A stretch of 64,000 bases of DNA from Leucoraja erinacea (lineage: Eukaryota): positions 35,402,001 to 35,466,000 of the forward strand of contig NC_073395.1 of the NCBI RefSeq assembly GCF_028641065.1. Direction: 5' to 3'. Below the pieces are notes generated by a model, which was not told the DNA's origin, did no database searches, and was given only the letters and a program-made list of their open reading frames with translations. This document shows, one piece after another, positions 26,570 to 39,900 of the stretch; position 1 is the stretch's first letter; every line of letters begins with the position of its first letter. The position numbers and the translations under genes are program-made.

Positions 26570-27125
26570 CAGCTCAGAAACAATGTGCCAAAAGTGATGC
26601 CAAGACCAACTCTTATCTGCTTGCAATTAATTCATATCCCTCCATTCTCAGCCGATGCAAATGTCTCTTAAATGTCACAATTGCATCTATCTTCACCACC
26701 ACCCCGGCAATGTGTTCCAGGCAATCACCACCCTCTGTATAAAAAAAAATAACCCGCACATCACTTTTTAAAAAAATTGGCCCCTCTCATCTTAAAGCTA
26801 TGCCCTCTAATATTTGATATTTCCATCTCGGGCAATAGTACTGACTGCCTACCCTATATGTTCACATAGTTTTTATATTCGTATCAGGCCTCCCCTCAAA
26901 CTCCGACACTCTAGTGAAAACCATTCAAGTCTGTCCAACCTTTCCCTGTAGCTAATACCCCTAATCCAGGCATCATTCTGGTAAACCTCCTCTGCACCCT
27001 TTCCAAAGGTGCCACATTTTTCCTGCAATGTGGTGACCAGAAATGCACACAATACTCCAAATGCAGCCTCACCAAAGTCTGACATAGCTGCATCATGATT
27101 TCCTGCCTCTTGTACTCAATCTGCA
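26570..27125 (-). mobile_element. CR1 LINE 3' fragment
   Basis: Minus ORF LVRLHLEYCVHFWSP...LERVQRRFTRMMPGL. Confidence 0.85.
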
Positions 27126-27939
27126 TTAATCATTTAAGGTTGGGGTCATTGGTTTGAAATGTGTAGTCTGTAGTGAAGAAACTGTGCTTACCGCTATTCA
27201 GAGTCAAAGAAGAGTCAAAGCCCCCACGGCGGAAATGTCCCGATCCATATTGATGAGGCCAAGCTGTTGGTGTAACCCCGGCGGGCTCTTGTTTCGACCC
27301 CCGGCGGGCGCACAAAGTGCTAAATTCCAAAAGGGATTGGACCATCCATATCTTCATTAAGATGGAATTTAAGTAACCAGGGACCCGCCCGGGCTCCCGG
27401 TATATGTATGCTGTATAGGAACTGGACAGCAGCGCTGGCTGAAGAAAGGTTATTCCGCAGCTCTATTTTCCTAAAAGAAGAAAGACGGAGACGTCAAAGA
27501 AAAGGGTCGGGTCTCCAGGGGAAAGAATTTTGAGCTCCCCCCCCCCCCCCCACCCCCCACACACTAATAATCGTTGAAACAGAAAATGGTGTTTACCATC
27601 TAAAAATGGAAATATCACTGGAATTTAAGCAATTAGTCTGTATTGAACTGGAGCAGTGGGTGTTCAATTTAAAAAGAAAAGACTCATGCAGGGACTCACT
27701 CAGTAATATCGTTTGGTGACCATCTGAGCAAATCACTTGCAATTATCTGTATTGTCAATAATTCATCGTTTTATAATTGTTATTTAGTTTTATAATTTTA
27801 GTGAACTATACCTAATAGGGGTAAACACTTTAAGTAATTACTGTATTTAAATGTATAGAATCCATAATCTTAAAAGACATTTCTTAAACACAACTAACCA
27901 CTTTTTGGCAGAAATATTCTATTCTGTTTTTTTCCACAG

Positions 27940-28017
27940 TTTCCAAAGAACTAAAGAATATCTTTGCCAGGGCCAGGAATGGAGAATTCTGTGTCCTGAA
28001 AATTGTGATTGAAAACG
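27940..28017 (+). CDS. TWF1: Twinfilin-1 exon 2
   Basis: ttccacag|TT ... AAC G|gtaggt; (V)SKELKNIFARARNGEFCVLKIVIEN; 78 nt. Confidence 0.93.
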
Positions 28018-28379
28018 GTAGGTTGTTCAGGAGCTGGAATCTGCACTTAGCGAGAATCACCACAGAATTGTCTTTTATGTCACATCTTAAACAGTCAAAC
28101 CTTTTAGTATGCTCCTTATAAAACATCAAATCTTATAATACGAAAACAAAATTATATTATGCAAGCCAAATTAATTGTCTTCAAATGTAAGATTTATGAC
28201 TCCACTACACTGATTGAAGATACTGCCTGCTCACGTTTATTGAAGTCCAATACGGTCTTAAAAATAATTAGAGGGATAAATTGTGCTCTCTCAATTTGTA
28301 TATCTTTTGACTCGCGTCACAAATGCAAGAAGATATGATACAGAAATGATTAAAGCGATACAAATTGTGAAGCTAGGGG

Positions 28380-29035
28380 ATACTGAAAATTGGAGAATTC
28401 ATACCATTCAGCTACCAAAGAGGAGTACAAGGTATTGTTTCTCTAGTTTTGTGTGGCCTCACTCTGGCAATGGAGGAGGTCTACGAAGGAAAGTTCAGTA
28501 TGGGAACGGGAAGAGGAGTTAAAATGGATAGTAATCGTGAGATCCTGTGGGCCTTGGCAGACCAAGCGTAAGTGTTCAGTGAAACAATCACTAAATCCGC
28601 ATGTGGTCTCACCGATGTACAGGCGGCCACATCGGGAACACCGGATGCAGTGGATGAGGTTCGACGAGGTCCATGTGAACTTCTGCCTCATTTGGAAGGA
28701 CTGCTGGGGTCCCTGGATGGTGGTGTGGGAGGACAGATAGGGAGAGTGTTACAACTTATATGGCTGCAGGCCAAAGTACCTGGGCAGGGGATGGTTTGGG
28801 TGGGAAGGGATGAGTGAACCAAGGAGTTGTGGAGGAAATGGCCTCTAGAGGGCAGAAAGAGGTGGGAATGGGAATATGTGACTACTGGTGGGATCACAGT
28901 GGAGATGATGGAAATGTTGGAGGATGATGTGTTGGATGCGGAGGCTGGTGGGGTGCAAGGTGAGGACCAAGGGAACTCTATCCTTGTTGCGTCGGAGATG
29001 TCCTCTTTCGTTAGTAAATGTGGCTTTTCCTCCTG
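28380..29035 (-). mobile_element. Penelope-like element, GIY-YIG endonuclease region
   Basis: FTWTSSNLIHCIRCSRCGRLYIGET...FTEHLR...HFNSSS, preceded by RVPLVLTLHPTSLRIQHIILQHF. Confidence 0.88.
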
Positions 29036-29199
29036 CTGTCATCTCTGAATTCTTTTGCTGAGAATTTGCAACACATCAATAAGGAACTGTCAGAATTGAG
29101 CGTTTCAGTGCTGTTCTGTGAATCTTCCATTTGAAGTTCACAATCTTTATGTAACTCTAACAAACAGCATTTCTACCCATCAATGCTGTTTTAATCAAT

Positions 29200-29910
29200 G
29201 GAATGTTGTCGAGCAGAGGGATCTAGGAGTGCAGGTGCTTGGTTCCTTGAAGGTCGAGTCGCAGGTAGATAAGATGGTCAAAAGGTCTTTTGGCACTTTG
29301 GCCTTCATCAGAGTATTGAGTATAGAAGTTGGGAGGTCATGTTACAGTTGACTAAGACGTTGGTGAGACCGCATTTGGAGTATTGTGTTCAGTTCTGGGC
29401 ACCTATTTTATAGGAAAGATATTGTAGTTTGAAAGGGTTCAGAGAAGGTTTATAAGGATGTTGACAGGACTAGCGGATCTGAGCTATAGGGAGAGGTTGG
29501 GTAGGCTGGGTCTCTATTCCTTGGAGCACAGGAGGATGAGGGATGATCTTATAGAGGTGTATAAAATCATGAGAGGAATAGATCGGGTAGATGCATAGAT
29601 CTATTGCCCAGAGTGAGGGAATCGAGGACCAGAGGACAAAGGTCTAAAGTGAAGGGGTAACAATTTAATAGGAATCTGAGCGGTAACTTTTTCACACAAA
29701 GGGTGGTGGGTGTATGGAACGAGCTGCCAGAGGAGGTTGTGGAGGCAGGTACTATTGGAACGTTTAAGAGACATTTGGACAGGTACATGGATAGGATAAG
29801 TTTGGAGGATATGGACTAAACGCAGGCAGGTGGGACTCGTGTAGCTGGGACATGTTGGCCAGTATGGGCAAGTTGGGCCGAAGGGCTTGTTTCCACACTA
29901 TATCACTCTT
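29200..29910 (+). mobile_element. CR1 LINE 3' fragment
   Basis: EQRDLGVQV and GTGAGACCGCATTTGGAGTATTGTG (VRPHLEYC) motifs; similar to the 14936-15409 subfamily. Confidence 0.88.
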
Positions 29911-30300
29911 TTAGAAACTTACAAAATTCTTATGGGGTTGGACAGGCTAGATGCAGGAAGATTGCTCCCGATGTTGGGGAAGTCCAGGACAAGGGGTCAC
30001 AACTTAAGGATAAGGGGGAAATCCTTTAAAACCGAGATGAGAAGAACTTTTTTCACACAGAGAGTGGTGAATCCCTGGAACTCTCTGCCACAGAGGGTAG
30101 TCGAGGCCAGTTCATTGGCTATATTTAAGAGGGAGTTAGATGTGGCCCTTGTGGCTAAGGGGATCAGAGGGTATGGAGAGAAGGCAGGTACGGGATACTG
30201 AGTTGGATGATCAGCCATGATCATATTGAATGGCGGTGCAGGCTCGAAGGGCCGAATGGCCTACTCCTGCACCTAATTTCTATGTTTCTATGTTTCTATG
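29911..30300 (+). mobile_element. CR1 LINE 3' fragment, young, abutting the previous copy
   Basis: ETYKILMGLDRLDAGRL...RTRGHNL; ends in (TTTCTATG)3. Nearly identical to 15790-16170. Confidence 0.92.
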
Positions 30301-30415
30301 ACTTGACAATAGTTTAGCATTAAAATAAAATGTAGGCAAGTTACAGGATTGGGTTTTGCATTTCTGATTTTTTTTTCTTCTAATTTTCCTTGCTAATGTT
30401 AATTATTTGTTACAG

Positions 30416-30594
30416 AACAACTCAAGGTTGGTGCATCCAGGGAGTCTGTTAGCAGATGGGACCAAGAATATGATCTGTGTATTCTTCCTCTGTTAGAAGA
30501 ACAGCAGCCTGCCTATATCTTGTACCGATTGGACACCATGAATGTTCAGGGATTTCAGTGGCTCTTTATTGCCTGGTCACCTGACCTTTCACCA
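30416..30594 (+). CDS. TWF1: Twinfilin-1 exon 3
   Basis: tacag|AA ... CCA|gtaaga; (E)[59 protein letters not shown]; 179 nt, first ADF-H domain. Confidence 0.95.
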
Positions 30595-31057
30595 GTAAGA
30601 ATTTGGCTGTCATATGAAGATAAATGAAAATGTGATTTAAATATAACAAGCTTTGCAAGAAAAGGCCTTGGGACCGAATAGCATTTCAAGAAGGTTCCGT
30701 CTTTCCAATTTAACAGGAAGGTGTTGTAGTTTATTAGGATGTAGTTTATAGGCACTCTTGGCTGTATGTTACTTTGAATCAACGTAGTGAATTGTGTGTC
30801 TATTAGAGAGGGGTAGAGGGATTCTACAGTGTAGTTTTCACAACCAAACCAAACACCCATCGTAAAACAATGATGCTCAGTGGTTGAAATCTCAGCAGTC
30901 ATTGTGAAATTTAACTTTCTACTTTACAGCAGGATTTTCCCTTCCCCATCACCTCTTGTCCAGTGTGAATCTCATCCCAAATGGTGTCAATAATAGTGCA
31001 GCATATAAAATTAATCTTTGGTGTGTACAGCATACACATGACACTTAAATTCCATCT

Positions 31058-32365
31058 TAAGTCAAGAGAGTTTTATTGTCATGTGTCCCAGATAGGACAA
31101 TGAAATTCTTACTTGCTGCAGAACAACAGAATATAGAACGGGAGATAAAAGTCCAGTCTGTCTATAGGCCAATAGATAGATAGATATAATTTATTGCCAC
31201 ACAACCAGGGTCGGTGGAAATTTGGGTTGTCAGCAGCAGTACAATAATAAAGAACACACAACCACAATAAAACTGTAACACAAACATCCACCACAACATT
31301 CATCACTGTGGTGGAAGGCACAAAATTTGGCCAGTCCTCCTCCATTTCCCCCCCGTGGACAGGACCAGAGTCCAGAGTCAGTCCAGGATCGGCTCTTCCT
31401 CACCGGAGACCGCGGCTATAAGATGGTGTAGGGCCGATCGGTCGAGATTTAAAGACTCCGCCGCAGCCAGAAGCACCGTACACTGCAGGGCCGGCGGTCG
31501 AAGCTCCCCTCCAGGGGTGATGGTGAGTCCATGCCGGCCCCACGGTAGAAGTTGGCCGCGGGCCGGCAGTGATGGCTTCTTCTTCCCCCGGGTCCCCCAC
31601 GAGGGATCCCGGGCTGTAGACGCCGCGGCAGCTGGAACTCTGCAGACCGCGGCTTCAGGCTGCCGGCAGCCCCGGGCCAGCGAAACGGAGCGCTCCCCTC
31701 CAGCGAGCCCCAGCGAGGGCTCACCCGCTCCACAACGAGAGTCCACGCTGCGCCCGCCGCTGAAGCCCCCGGGCGCGTCTCCGGGAAAGGCCGCGCCGAT
31801 CCTTGATGTTAGGCCACGGGGGAGGCGACCTGAAAAAACTCGCCTCTCCATGGAGGAGGCGACCAAAGCGGTTTCCCCCTTACCCCCCCACACCACCCCC
31901 CACACAAAACACACGAAGGAACATTAAATACATACTTTAAAACATACTAAAAAATAAAAAAAGGTTGAAAAAACTGACGCGCTGCTGACAGGCTGCTGCC
32001 AGAGCAGCGCCCCCTACAGACCATATATACACAATAAATATTCGATAAAGTGCAATAGTAATAATAGACTGTTATTGCTCAGAGCTTATTTGATGTTGTG
32101 TTTAATAGCCCGATGGCTGTGGGGAAGGAGCTGTTCCTGAACCTGGATGTTACAGATTTCAGGGTCCTGTACCTTCTTCCCGATGGCAACGGAGAGATGA
32201 GTGTGTGACCAGGATAGTGTGGGTCTTTGATGATGTTTGCAGTCTTTTTGAGGCAGCGACTGCGATAGATCCCTTCGATGGTGGGGAGGTCAGAGCCATT
32301 GATGGACTGGACAGTGGTCGCAACTTTCAGCATTCTTTTCTGCTCCTGGACGTTCAAGTTGCCAT
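31058..32365 (-). mobile_element. Rex1-type LINE 3' fragment interrupted by a GC-rich insert of about 850 bp (about 31173-32016)
   Basis: Minus ORF RCLKKTANIIKDPHYPGHTLISPLPSGRRYR...FRNSSFPTAIGLLN. The 3' tail is shared with 38043-38245. The insert starts GGGGGCGCTG on - and ends in (CTAT)n. Confidence 0.75.
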
Positions 32366-34610
32366 TGAATAAACAAAGTTCCCATTGAATAAACAACGTT
32401 CTCATTCTATTCTAAACTCGTTTAGCTTGGAACTGATATTGAAGGATCTAATGTGTCTTCAATGCAGCCTCACAAATCTCTTGTCCACCTTGTCCATGGA
32501 GTTCATGGCCCTTTGGCATTTTGACCTTTGGATCATTTCCAGGCTGGTGTTACAAATCTCTGCGGGAACGGATAGAGTAAGATGGGCATTTTCCTACATT
32601 TCCAGCTGCTCTAAAGTCCAGATTTTCATGGTTTTACCCAAGGTCTTTGCAAATGCCTCCTTCCAGAAGGACGTGGCTGTTGTCTCCTAGTTCTGCCACC
32701 ATTTTGCACAAGCGATGGGCTTCTGATGGCCAGTACCTTCACCAGCTCTCAGCTCTTTCCTTTATGGGTGCATTCTCATGTCCCACTCTCATCAAGGCAG
32801 CTTCCGTTCATTAAATGGCAACACTCTCCAGTAGCTTGCTTATGCTGTGATATCACAAGCTTCATAAATTGCATCAACAGGTCAAAATGCTGGCATCTGT
32901 GGGAATTTGCAATTAATTAATTGTATTTAGGTAATTGATCTAACTGAATTAATACAGTGCATTGTCCTCACATGATTTAAGTGGGTGAATCATCATTGCT
33001 GTTTTATGAATCTTGAAGTTAAATATCTTCATAAGGGTTTAACACCCAGCCTTGGGATATCTTACAGAGGAATATTGATAACATTAAAAAGTAGCAAAGC
33101 AATTTTTAACTGGAATATTATAGCAGGCATCTAAGTAATCACAAAGCTTATAAATTCTGGTTAACATTCCAGACTCTCCCTCTCCATTTTATCTAAAACA
33201 AAACATGTTATAGATGCAAACTGGAGATGCTGCAAGGATTGACATCAATCAATTCTGAAAATCCTCCTTGGTCTACAGGGACTGTAATTGCCCTTTGATC
33301 GATATACACCGGAGTTTGCTTCTTATTCTACTGCCAGTGAGAAGTGTAGGTCACTAGTTGCACCATTAAGATTAATTTCTATTGCATTGATTGGTGATTA
33401 CAGAACTGAATATCAAGCATGCGGATCTGATGGTTAGATTCGGATGTACAAATGTGAATCACACCACAATTATTTGATCCATTTTCCCAATGGGAAGAAT
33501 TTCTACAGCTTACAGTTAGCAAAAAATAACAAATTAAAGATTTTATGTACAATGTGCATAAAGGAAACCATTTTCTATGATCCTGGCTAAATACCTGCTT
33601 CTGCAACATTTGAGGTTCTACCCATATGTTCTGGTCACTACAGAAAATGTTGCCTGCATATAGCATTAACTTAGTGTTAGAGATTTCATCTTAATGCATT
33701 ATGGAATTATTTTGTAGATTATTATTGTGTAGAATTTGGAGTAAATGATACTGAACATCAGTTAGATGTTTCAAGGCTATTTAAAAACAATGGAAATTGC
33801 TAGAATCAGTGGGTTAAACAGAATCTGTGGAACGAAAAAGAGTTAATGCTTTGGACTAACACCCATTGAAGTTTAGATGCAAGTATTCTTTGAATGTGTG
33901 TTATCTGATCATTTGTACCATTACCAAATAGCTTGATTTATTTTTCTAATTTATATATTTTTTTTAAATAAAGCATCTTAACAGTGTAAATACATAAATG
34001 TGAGATTATTTTAAAAGGTTTTCAAGACTATCTTTAATGCATGTTTTTTAAATTTCCGATGTTCAGTTTCCTAATGTGGTTTATCAGTGCTTCTTATCAA
34101 TATTAATTAACGTAGTATTGCTCCCAATAATGCAACATACTTAGCATTGTTCTTATGGTAGATTTTTTGTAAAGCAGAATATATATTTTGAATGTTTGTC
34201 ATGTAGCTCTGACATACCAGTTGAAAAAATTATGAAATATTTTCTAAAATAAATATAAATTAGATATAGTATTAATAAATAAGATGATTTGTAGATTTCG
34301 GCACTATTCTAATTCGGGGCATCCATGCATTTCCTGTTTAGTTACTTTCCACTCACTGTGCCTGAGTGTCAAGTCTTGTTTGATAATACTCCCAGTTCAT
34401 TACATTCAGAGGCACTATGTTTATATCCACATTGCATTTGCAAATGTCATGACATGTTTACTTAATCTAAGTAGACTTTTTCAAAGTGGGTGAATGTTTT
34501 TCATGCAGCCTAGAGCTACGTAATTGTCATTGATGGTATTTGTTTAAAAAAGCTGAATCTGTGTTCATAGAAGGTTTGTGAAGTTTTATTTTCCTATATC
34601 TTTTCTGCAG

Positions 34611-34706
34611 GTTCGACAAAAAATGTTATATGCAGCAACAAGAACAACTTTGAAGAAGGAATTTGGGAATAGCCACATCAAAGATGAATTATTTGGGACT
34701 GTAACG
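34611..34706 (+). CDS. TWF1: Twinfilin-1 exon 4
   Basis: ctgcag|GTT ... ACG|gtatga; [32 protein letters not shown]; 96 nt. Confidence 0.95.
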
Positions 34707-34974
34707 GTATGAATCTACTTTTTAATCTGTGGTTCGTTTTTGTTTTGCTACCAGTCCTTACTCTATCTCAGGATATCAGTGACGATCTCAGGGTGATATT
34801 TGATGTCAGTTCCTAATGTGCTCAAATCACTTTATTTGCATTGATGTTGCATCACTAGTAAAATGAACTGTGTGCAATTAATCCACATCCATCGTTTGGC
34901 TTTACCAAGTCAGAGTGTGCTCCAAGTCTAATTAATTGTTGCCCATTAAAGGGAACATGAGCCCCTGGAACTAG

Positions 34975-37730
34975 AGGCAAAATATTCAAAACTAACAAAA
35001 ATTTCAGTGTGGTGGTGAAAAGACTTACAAAGTATCTGAAACAAAACCATTTCATTGATAAGTCAATCCAAAAGGCTGGCATAGCAGGCTTCTCGGGATG
35101 CCTTGAACATACCAGCATTATATGGCATTAAATCCAGACTGCTAAGAAAGAACGAAATAATCTGCATGTCTTGTTCCTCGATCTGGCCAACGCCTATGGA
35201 TCAGTTCCTCATTCGCTACTGTGGATTGCTTTTGAATTCTTTCAGTTGCCTGCAATAATAACAAATCTAGTAAAAAACTACTTCCAGGATCTGCAATTTT
35301 GTCTCACAACATCGGACTTTACCACAGCGTGGCAACCACTGGAAGTAAGCATCATGGCGGGGTGCACCATCTTCCCATTGACCTTCACTGTGGCAATGGA
35401 GCTCATTATCAGGGCATCAAAATGGGTTGTGGGAGGAAAATGGCTTCAGTGTGGTCAGCGATTGCCACCGATAAGAGCCAATATGGACAATATAACAACA
35501 CTAACAACAACTATCCCCTGCACCAAGAGACTTCTGGAAAAACTTCATCAAAACATCACATGGGCAAGGATGAAGATTAAACCCAGCAAGTGCAGAAGCA
35601 TCTCCATTGTCAAAGGTCAAGTCAAGGATCACAGATTTCATATTGACGGAATACCTGTTCCAACTGTTTCAGAAAGGCCAGTGAAGAGTTTGTGTCGATG
35701 ACATGATGCAAAGCTCACGGAAGGATCTCGGCTAAGTTTTGTCATCAGAGCCACTTATGTTGTTCTACCATCACACCAGAACCTGAAGCAGTGGTTTGGA
35801 GAAGACCCCGTTTGCTCCCTTTGCCAAGCACCTGCATCACTAAGGCACATTTTAACAGGATGCACTATGAGCCTCGACCAAGGGGGTTACACTTGGCGGC
35901 ATAACCAAGTTCTCAGACAGCTGGCATCAGTCCTTGAACAGAGACGAACGACCACAAATGCTTCCCCACCAACATTGTCCACTTCACAACATTTGTACCA
36001 GCAGGCCAACCTCCAGAGCTCCAGATAACATCAATGGATGCAAGCATTCTGCAGCCTGCTCGGGATTGGAAAATGGAAGTGGACTTAGAAAAAAGGCTTG
36101 TGTTTTCCCGACATTGTGTAGCAATGTTACAAAATTTTGAGATAAAAAAAATCAAGTCTGCAATTTATCCCATCAGATAAAGCATAAAGATAAGTTTAAT
36201 TTGACACCTAATTCACTTTCATATCTCAAGTAATAAAAAGGTTATGGCCATTTTCATACTCGGAAATTAGCATCTTGTTCCCTATTGATTTTCTATGGAC
36301 ATAACAAAAAAGCTGTGATCATGGACAGTCAAAAGCCCATAACCTTCTTAAAAATTAAGAGAACTGAATGAAATTTTCAGTTATCATAGATTGAACCATT
36401 CTGAAACAAATATAAAATAATCTTACTTGGGTGACCTGAAATTAAAGCATATAATTAGTTAGTTACCCAATTGTAGCTAATTTCAAACTTCAATTACTAG
36501 ATCTAAACATCTATCCATTTCTTAATAAATGATTAACATTTTTAAATAGCCTAAGTGTCCAAATAATATTCACAAATAATTCACAATAAAACATGATTTT
36601 TAAATCTCATTTACATCAATTTATAGGCCAAATGGAAGGAATTTAGTGTTCAATTGCTGTAAATTAAAGTCAATTTAAATCGGCTTTCTAGTGGGTTCCT
36701 GTGAATGCGCTGGTTTAGAACGTTCACATTGCGTTGGATTTGTGCCCTCAAATGCCCAGAAAAATACTGCGGGATATAAAGAGCCCAAAATGAGCTACTC
36801 GCTATAGAAAACTTTATATACAGGGTTCTTAAGAAGCCCCTTTTAATGTAAAAATAAGGTACATACCTTTAATTGTTTGCTTTATAAAACCCTGGGGCTG
36901 CGAGAGGTCGCTGGTTTAGAGAGTGATTTTTAAACTACTATAACTATTATACAAGGCCATAAAAACTAATAATATCTTTTGCGACAGGGTCTTTCAGCGA
37001 TTTTCCGTTAATGATTTACTAAGCTGAACATTTTCGATTGCAACAGCCTAGTAAAAATCGTGTTTTAAACCCGCCCCCTCTAAACAGCGCCAAAATCGCG
37101 CACACGGGGTGGGGCAGATTCTCAGCCACGATTCAGGTAGGTTTTGTAACATACCTACATTGTGGCTACAACACTCCGGCCAGACATGGTCCTGTGGTCT
37201 ACAACAGCCACGTTGGCATACGTTGTGGAACTGACAGTTCCATGGGAAGATGGTGTTAAAGCTTATGAGAGGAAAAAGACCAAATACTCTGAACTGGCAA
37301 CTGAAGCTTCCCAGAATGGCTAGAAGATCAAGATTTTCCCTGTCGAATTGGGATGCAGGGGATTTGTTGATACACCTATGACCAGGCTATTAAAGAAAAT
37401 GGGGGTGAGGGGTCGCTCCCTCCAACAAGCAATCAAGTCATTATCAAATTCTGCAGAAAAAAGCAGCAATTGGATTTGGATCTAAAGGAGAGACAACAAT
37501 TGGGCTGCAAGATGAAGACAGGAGGGTATGGAACTGAGGGGGGTGCAACTGGGACGCCAGGTATCACCGTTGAGCCCTCTGGAAATGTTGTAGGCTTATC
37601 AATGAAATGTCAAAGAAGGAGGGTGCCCACCTGATGAACCCGATGACGTACCTACCCTACCTTCCACCACTCCAATCCCACTGCAAATAGCAAGAGTGCT
37701 GACTTATTACAGGGCTTGAAAAATCAAGTC
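34975..37730 (+). mobile_element. HERO/R2-group non-LTR retrotransposon (RT + zinc knuckle + restriction-like endonuclease), 5'-truncated, interrupted
   Basis: QKAGIAGFSGCLEH; FLDLANAYGSVPH; IMAGCTIFP; PIRANMDN (degenerate YMDD); CSLC..HILTGC; YTWRHNQVL; LRPDMVLWS...VELTVPWED...YERKKTKY. Stops and frameshifts present; ends approximate. Confidence 0.85.
36119..37157. mobile_element. Non-autonomous DNA transposon with TAG...CTA termini and 7-bp TSD (copy 2), nested in the HERO element
   Basis: Same termini as 3696-4735. TSD CATTGTG at 36112-36118 and 37158-37164. Removing it restores FPDIVATTLRPD. Confidence 0.88.
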
Positions 37731-39267
37731 CTATTAGCTCTACTACATTATACACACACATTATTATATATATATATATATACATTATATATATATATAT
37801 ATATGCCTATTTCCACCCTGTATCTTTAAATTAAACTAAAACACTAAAACCAGAGGGAGTCTAAAGGTCTCTACCCGAAACGTCACCAAATTTCTTCTAT
37901 CCAGAGATGCTGGCTACTCCATGGAGTTCGCCCGCACAATTAAAGCAAGGAATAGTCTTCACCCTACCATAGTTACCCAACTAGACGCAACTAAATTTAA
38001 GGTAGTTCTTTTTTCCCCAAAAATCCTTTTTTGCTTATGTCCAAGTCAAGAGTCAAGAGAGTTTTATTGTCATGTGTCCCAGATAGGACAATGAAATTCT
38101 TGCTTGCTGCAGCACAACAGGATATGTAAACATAATACAGAACAGAACAGGAGATAAAAGTTCAGTGTGTCTATATACCATAGACCATATATATATATAC
38201 AATAAATAAACAGGTAAAATGCAATAGGCTGTTATTGTTCAGAGTTTGAAGTTTGGTTGTGGACCCTCCAACACTTCCAGTTTAAATTCCATTTAGAATA
38301 TGTTTGGAGGACCAGGAAACCAAGAAGCACGAATTACTCCAGAGAGTTACTTCAGCTCCAGGGAGTGATTCTGCGTTGGTTTTCAGCGGTCGCGGCGAGG
38401 CAGTAACCGGACAGCAATGGTGGCCAGATCTCCCATAATGCAAAGGGAGGGAGAAAGTACCCGGCGCCAACCAGTTGCCGTGGCAGTGCACATGTGCAGG
38501 GCGACCGATGATGTGCTGGCCGGAGCAGTGCGCATGTGCAAGGCGGCCGGCGGATGAGGAACAGCGAGCGGAGAGCGGAGACCCGGCGGCCCAGACACGG
38601 ATGGCGGGCAGAGACAGAGAGTGACAGAGAGAGAGATAGAGAGGGGTGGCCCGTTCAGAGTTGAACAGCAAGTGTCCCGGGTGCTTGCCAAGCCGGGCAA
38701 AATGGCACAGCTTTTAGGTTGCCCGGCAGGACTTTAGGTGGCCATTGGCACCAGGGCAACCGTTAATTTCGAGCCCTGCTTAGCTATTCCTCTTTCCTCT
38801 ATAAGTATCAGCTGAACTATAAAGATCAGCTCATTGTTTACTGATCATTTCATGTCAAATTCTGTTTGCTTATCATTCTAGATACACTGACTTCAATTGA
38901 CTCCTGATTTACTGATGCTTCAATTAAAATGACCCCCATCTTTCTATGTGGCCTTTCCCAAACCGTGCTCCTTGTAAATTTCAACCTTTTTGTCCATCAT
39001 TGGCTCTTAATATAGTTCGAGGACTGGATTGTTAGAAGCAAATAGAGCCACATCAAATAACGGGGAATTACTGAGTTGAATGTTTTATTATCTGCAGGGC
39101 CAAAACAGGATTGCCTTCTTATCTAAGGAAGGATGAGCAAACCTTGGGTATGGGAAGAGGTTGCTGGGATAATGGGGAGTGGTGATAGGAACAGAACGTT
39201 GAATAACGTGAGGATAAAGTGTATTTTGATGGGTCAGTTTTTCTATTTTCCACTTCTGTGTTTGTAG

Positions 39268-39363
39268 GAGGATGTTTCCTTCAGTGGTTACACAAAGCAT
39301 CTTGTTTTGCAAAAGGGTCCCGTCCCACTGACAGCAGCAGAAGAAGAGCTACAGAAGATTAAG
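39268..39363 (+). CDS. TWF1: Twinfilin-1 exon 5 (apparently shortened by 9 nt)
   Basis: ttgtag|GAG; EDVSFSGYTKHLVLQKGPVPLTAAEEELQKIK. The only usable in-phase donor is AAG|gtaaat; the position 9 nt downstream reads GAG|ctaaat. Confidence 0.85.
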
Positions 39364-39399
39364 GTAAATGAGCTAAATATAATAAAAAGGTTCTACAAA

Positions 39400-39900
39400 T
39401 GCTGGTTGATGCTAAAGATAGGCATAAACTGCTGGAGAAGCTCAGCGGGTCGGGCAGCATCTCTGGAGAAAATGGATAGGGGAAGTGTCGGGTCAAGCGC
39501 TTCTTCAAGCTGATTGAGTGGGGGAGAGAAACTGGACGCAAGAAAAAAAAAAAAACAGGACAAATCGGGGTCGGCAACAGATGACTGCGGGCAAGGAGGT
39601 TCCCTGATAGTCCAATTGTTGGCTAGAGACTGTGAGCGTAAGAGGGATACCTTGTTGCAAATTCAGCGACCGTTTGGCTGAACACTCGCGCTTGGTGTGC
39701 CAAGGGCTACTGCATCTCCTGGGTGCCAAGCACTTTAACTCCTCCAACCAATCCAATACTCAGCTTTTTGTGCTGAGCCTCCTCCATTGCTGGAGTGAGG
39801 CCACTCGAATATTGGAGGTAAAGCATCTCATATTTGGCCGGGGTGGTTTACAGCGCAGTGGTATGAACGTTGAATTTTTCAATTTTGGGTAAGTTCTCCA
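39400..39900. mobile_element. Penelope-like fragments (pLTR plus GIY-YIG C-terminal part)
   Basis: DRLAEHSRLVC...KHFNSSNQS...LEVKHLIF...GMNVEF on +, adjoining an inverted pLTR-like repeat. Confidence 0.7.

Noticed and set aside
38380-38778. Complete hAT-like MITE ending ...TTTCGAGCCCTG
   Set aside because: Only one terminus is visible; no matching left TIR or TSD found.
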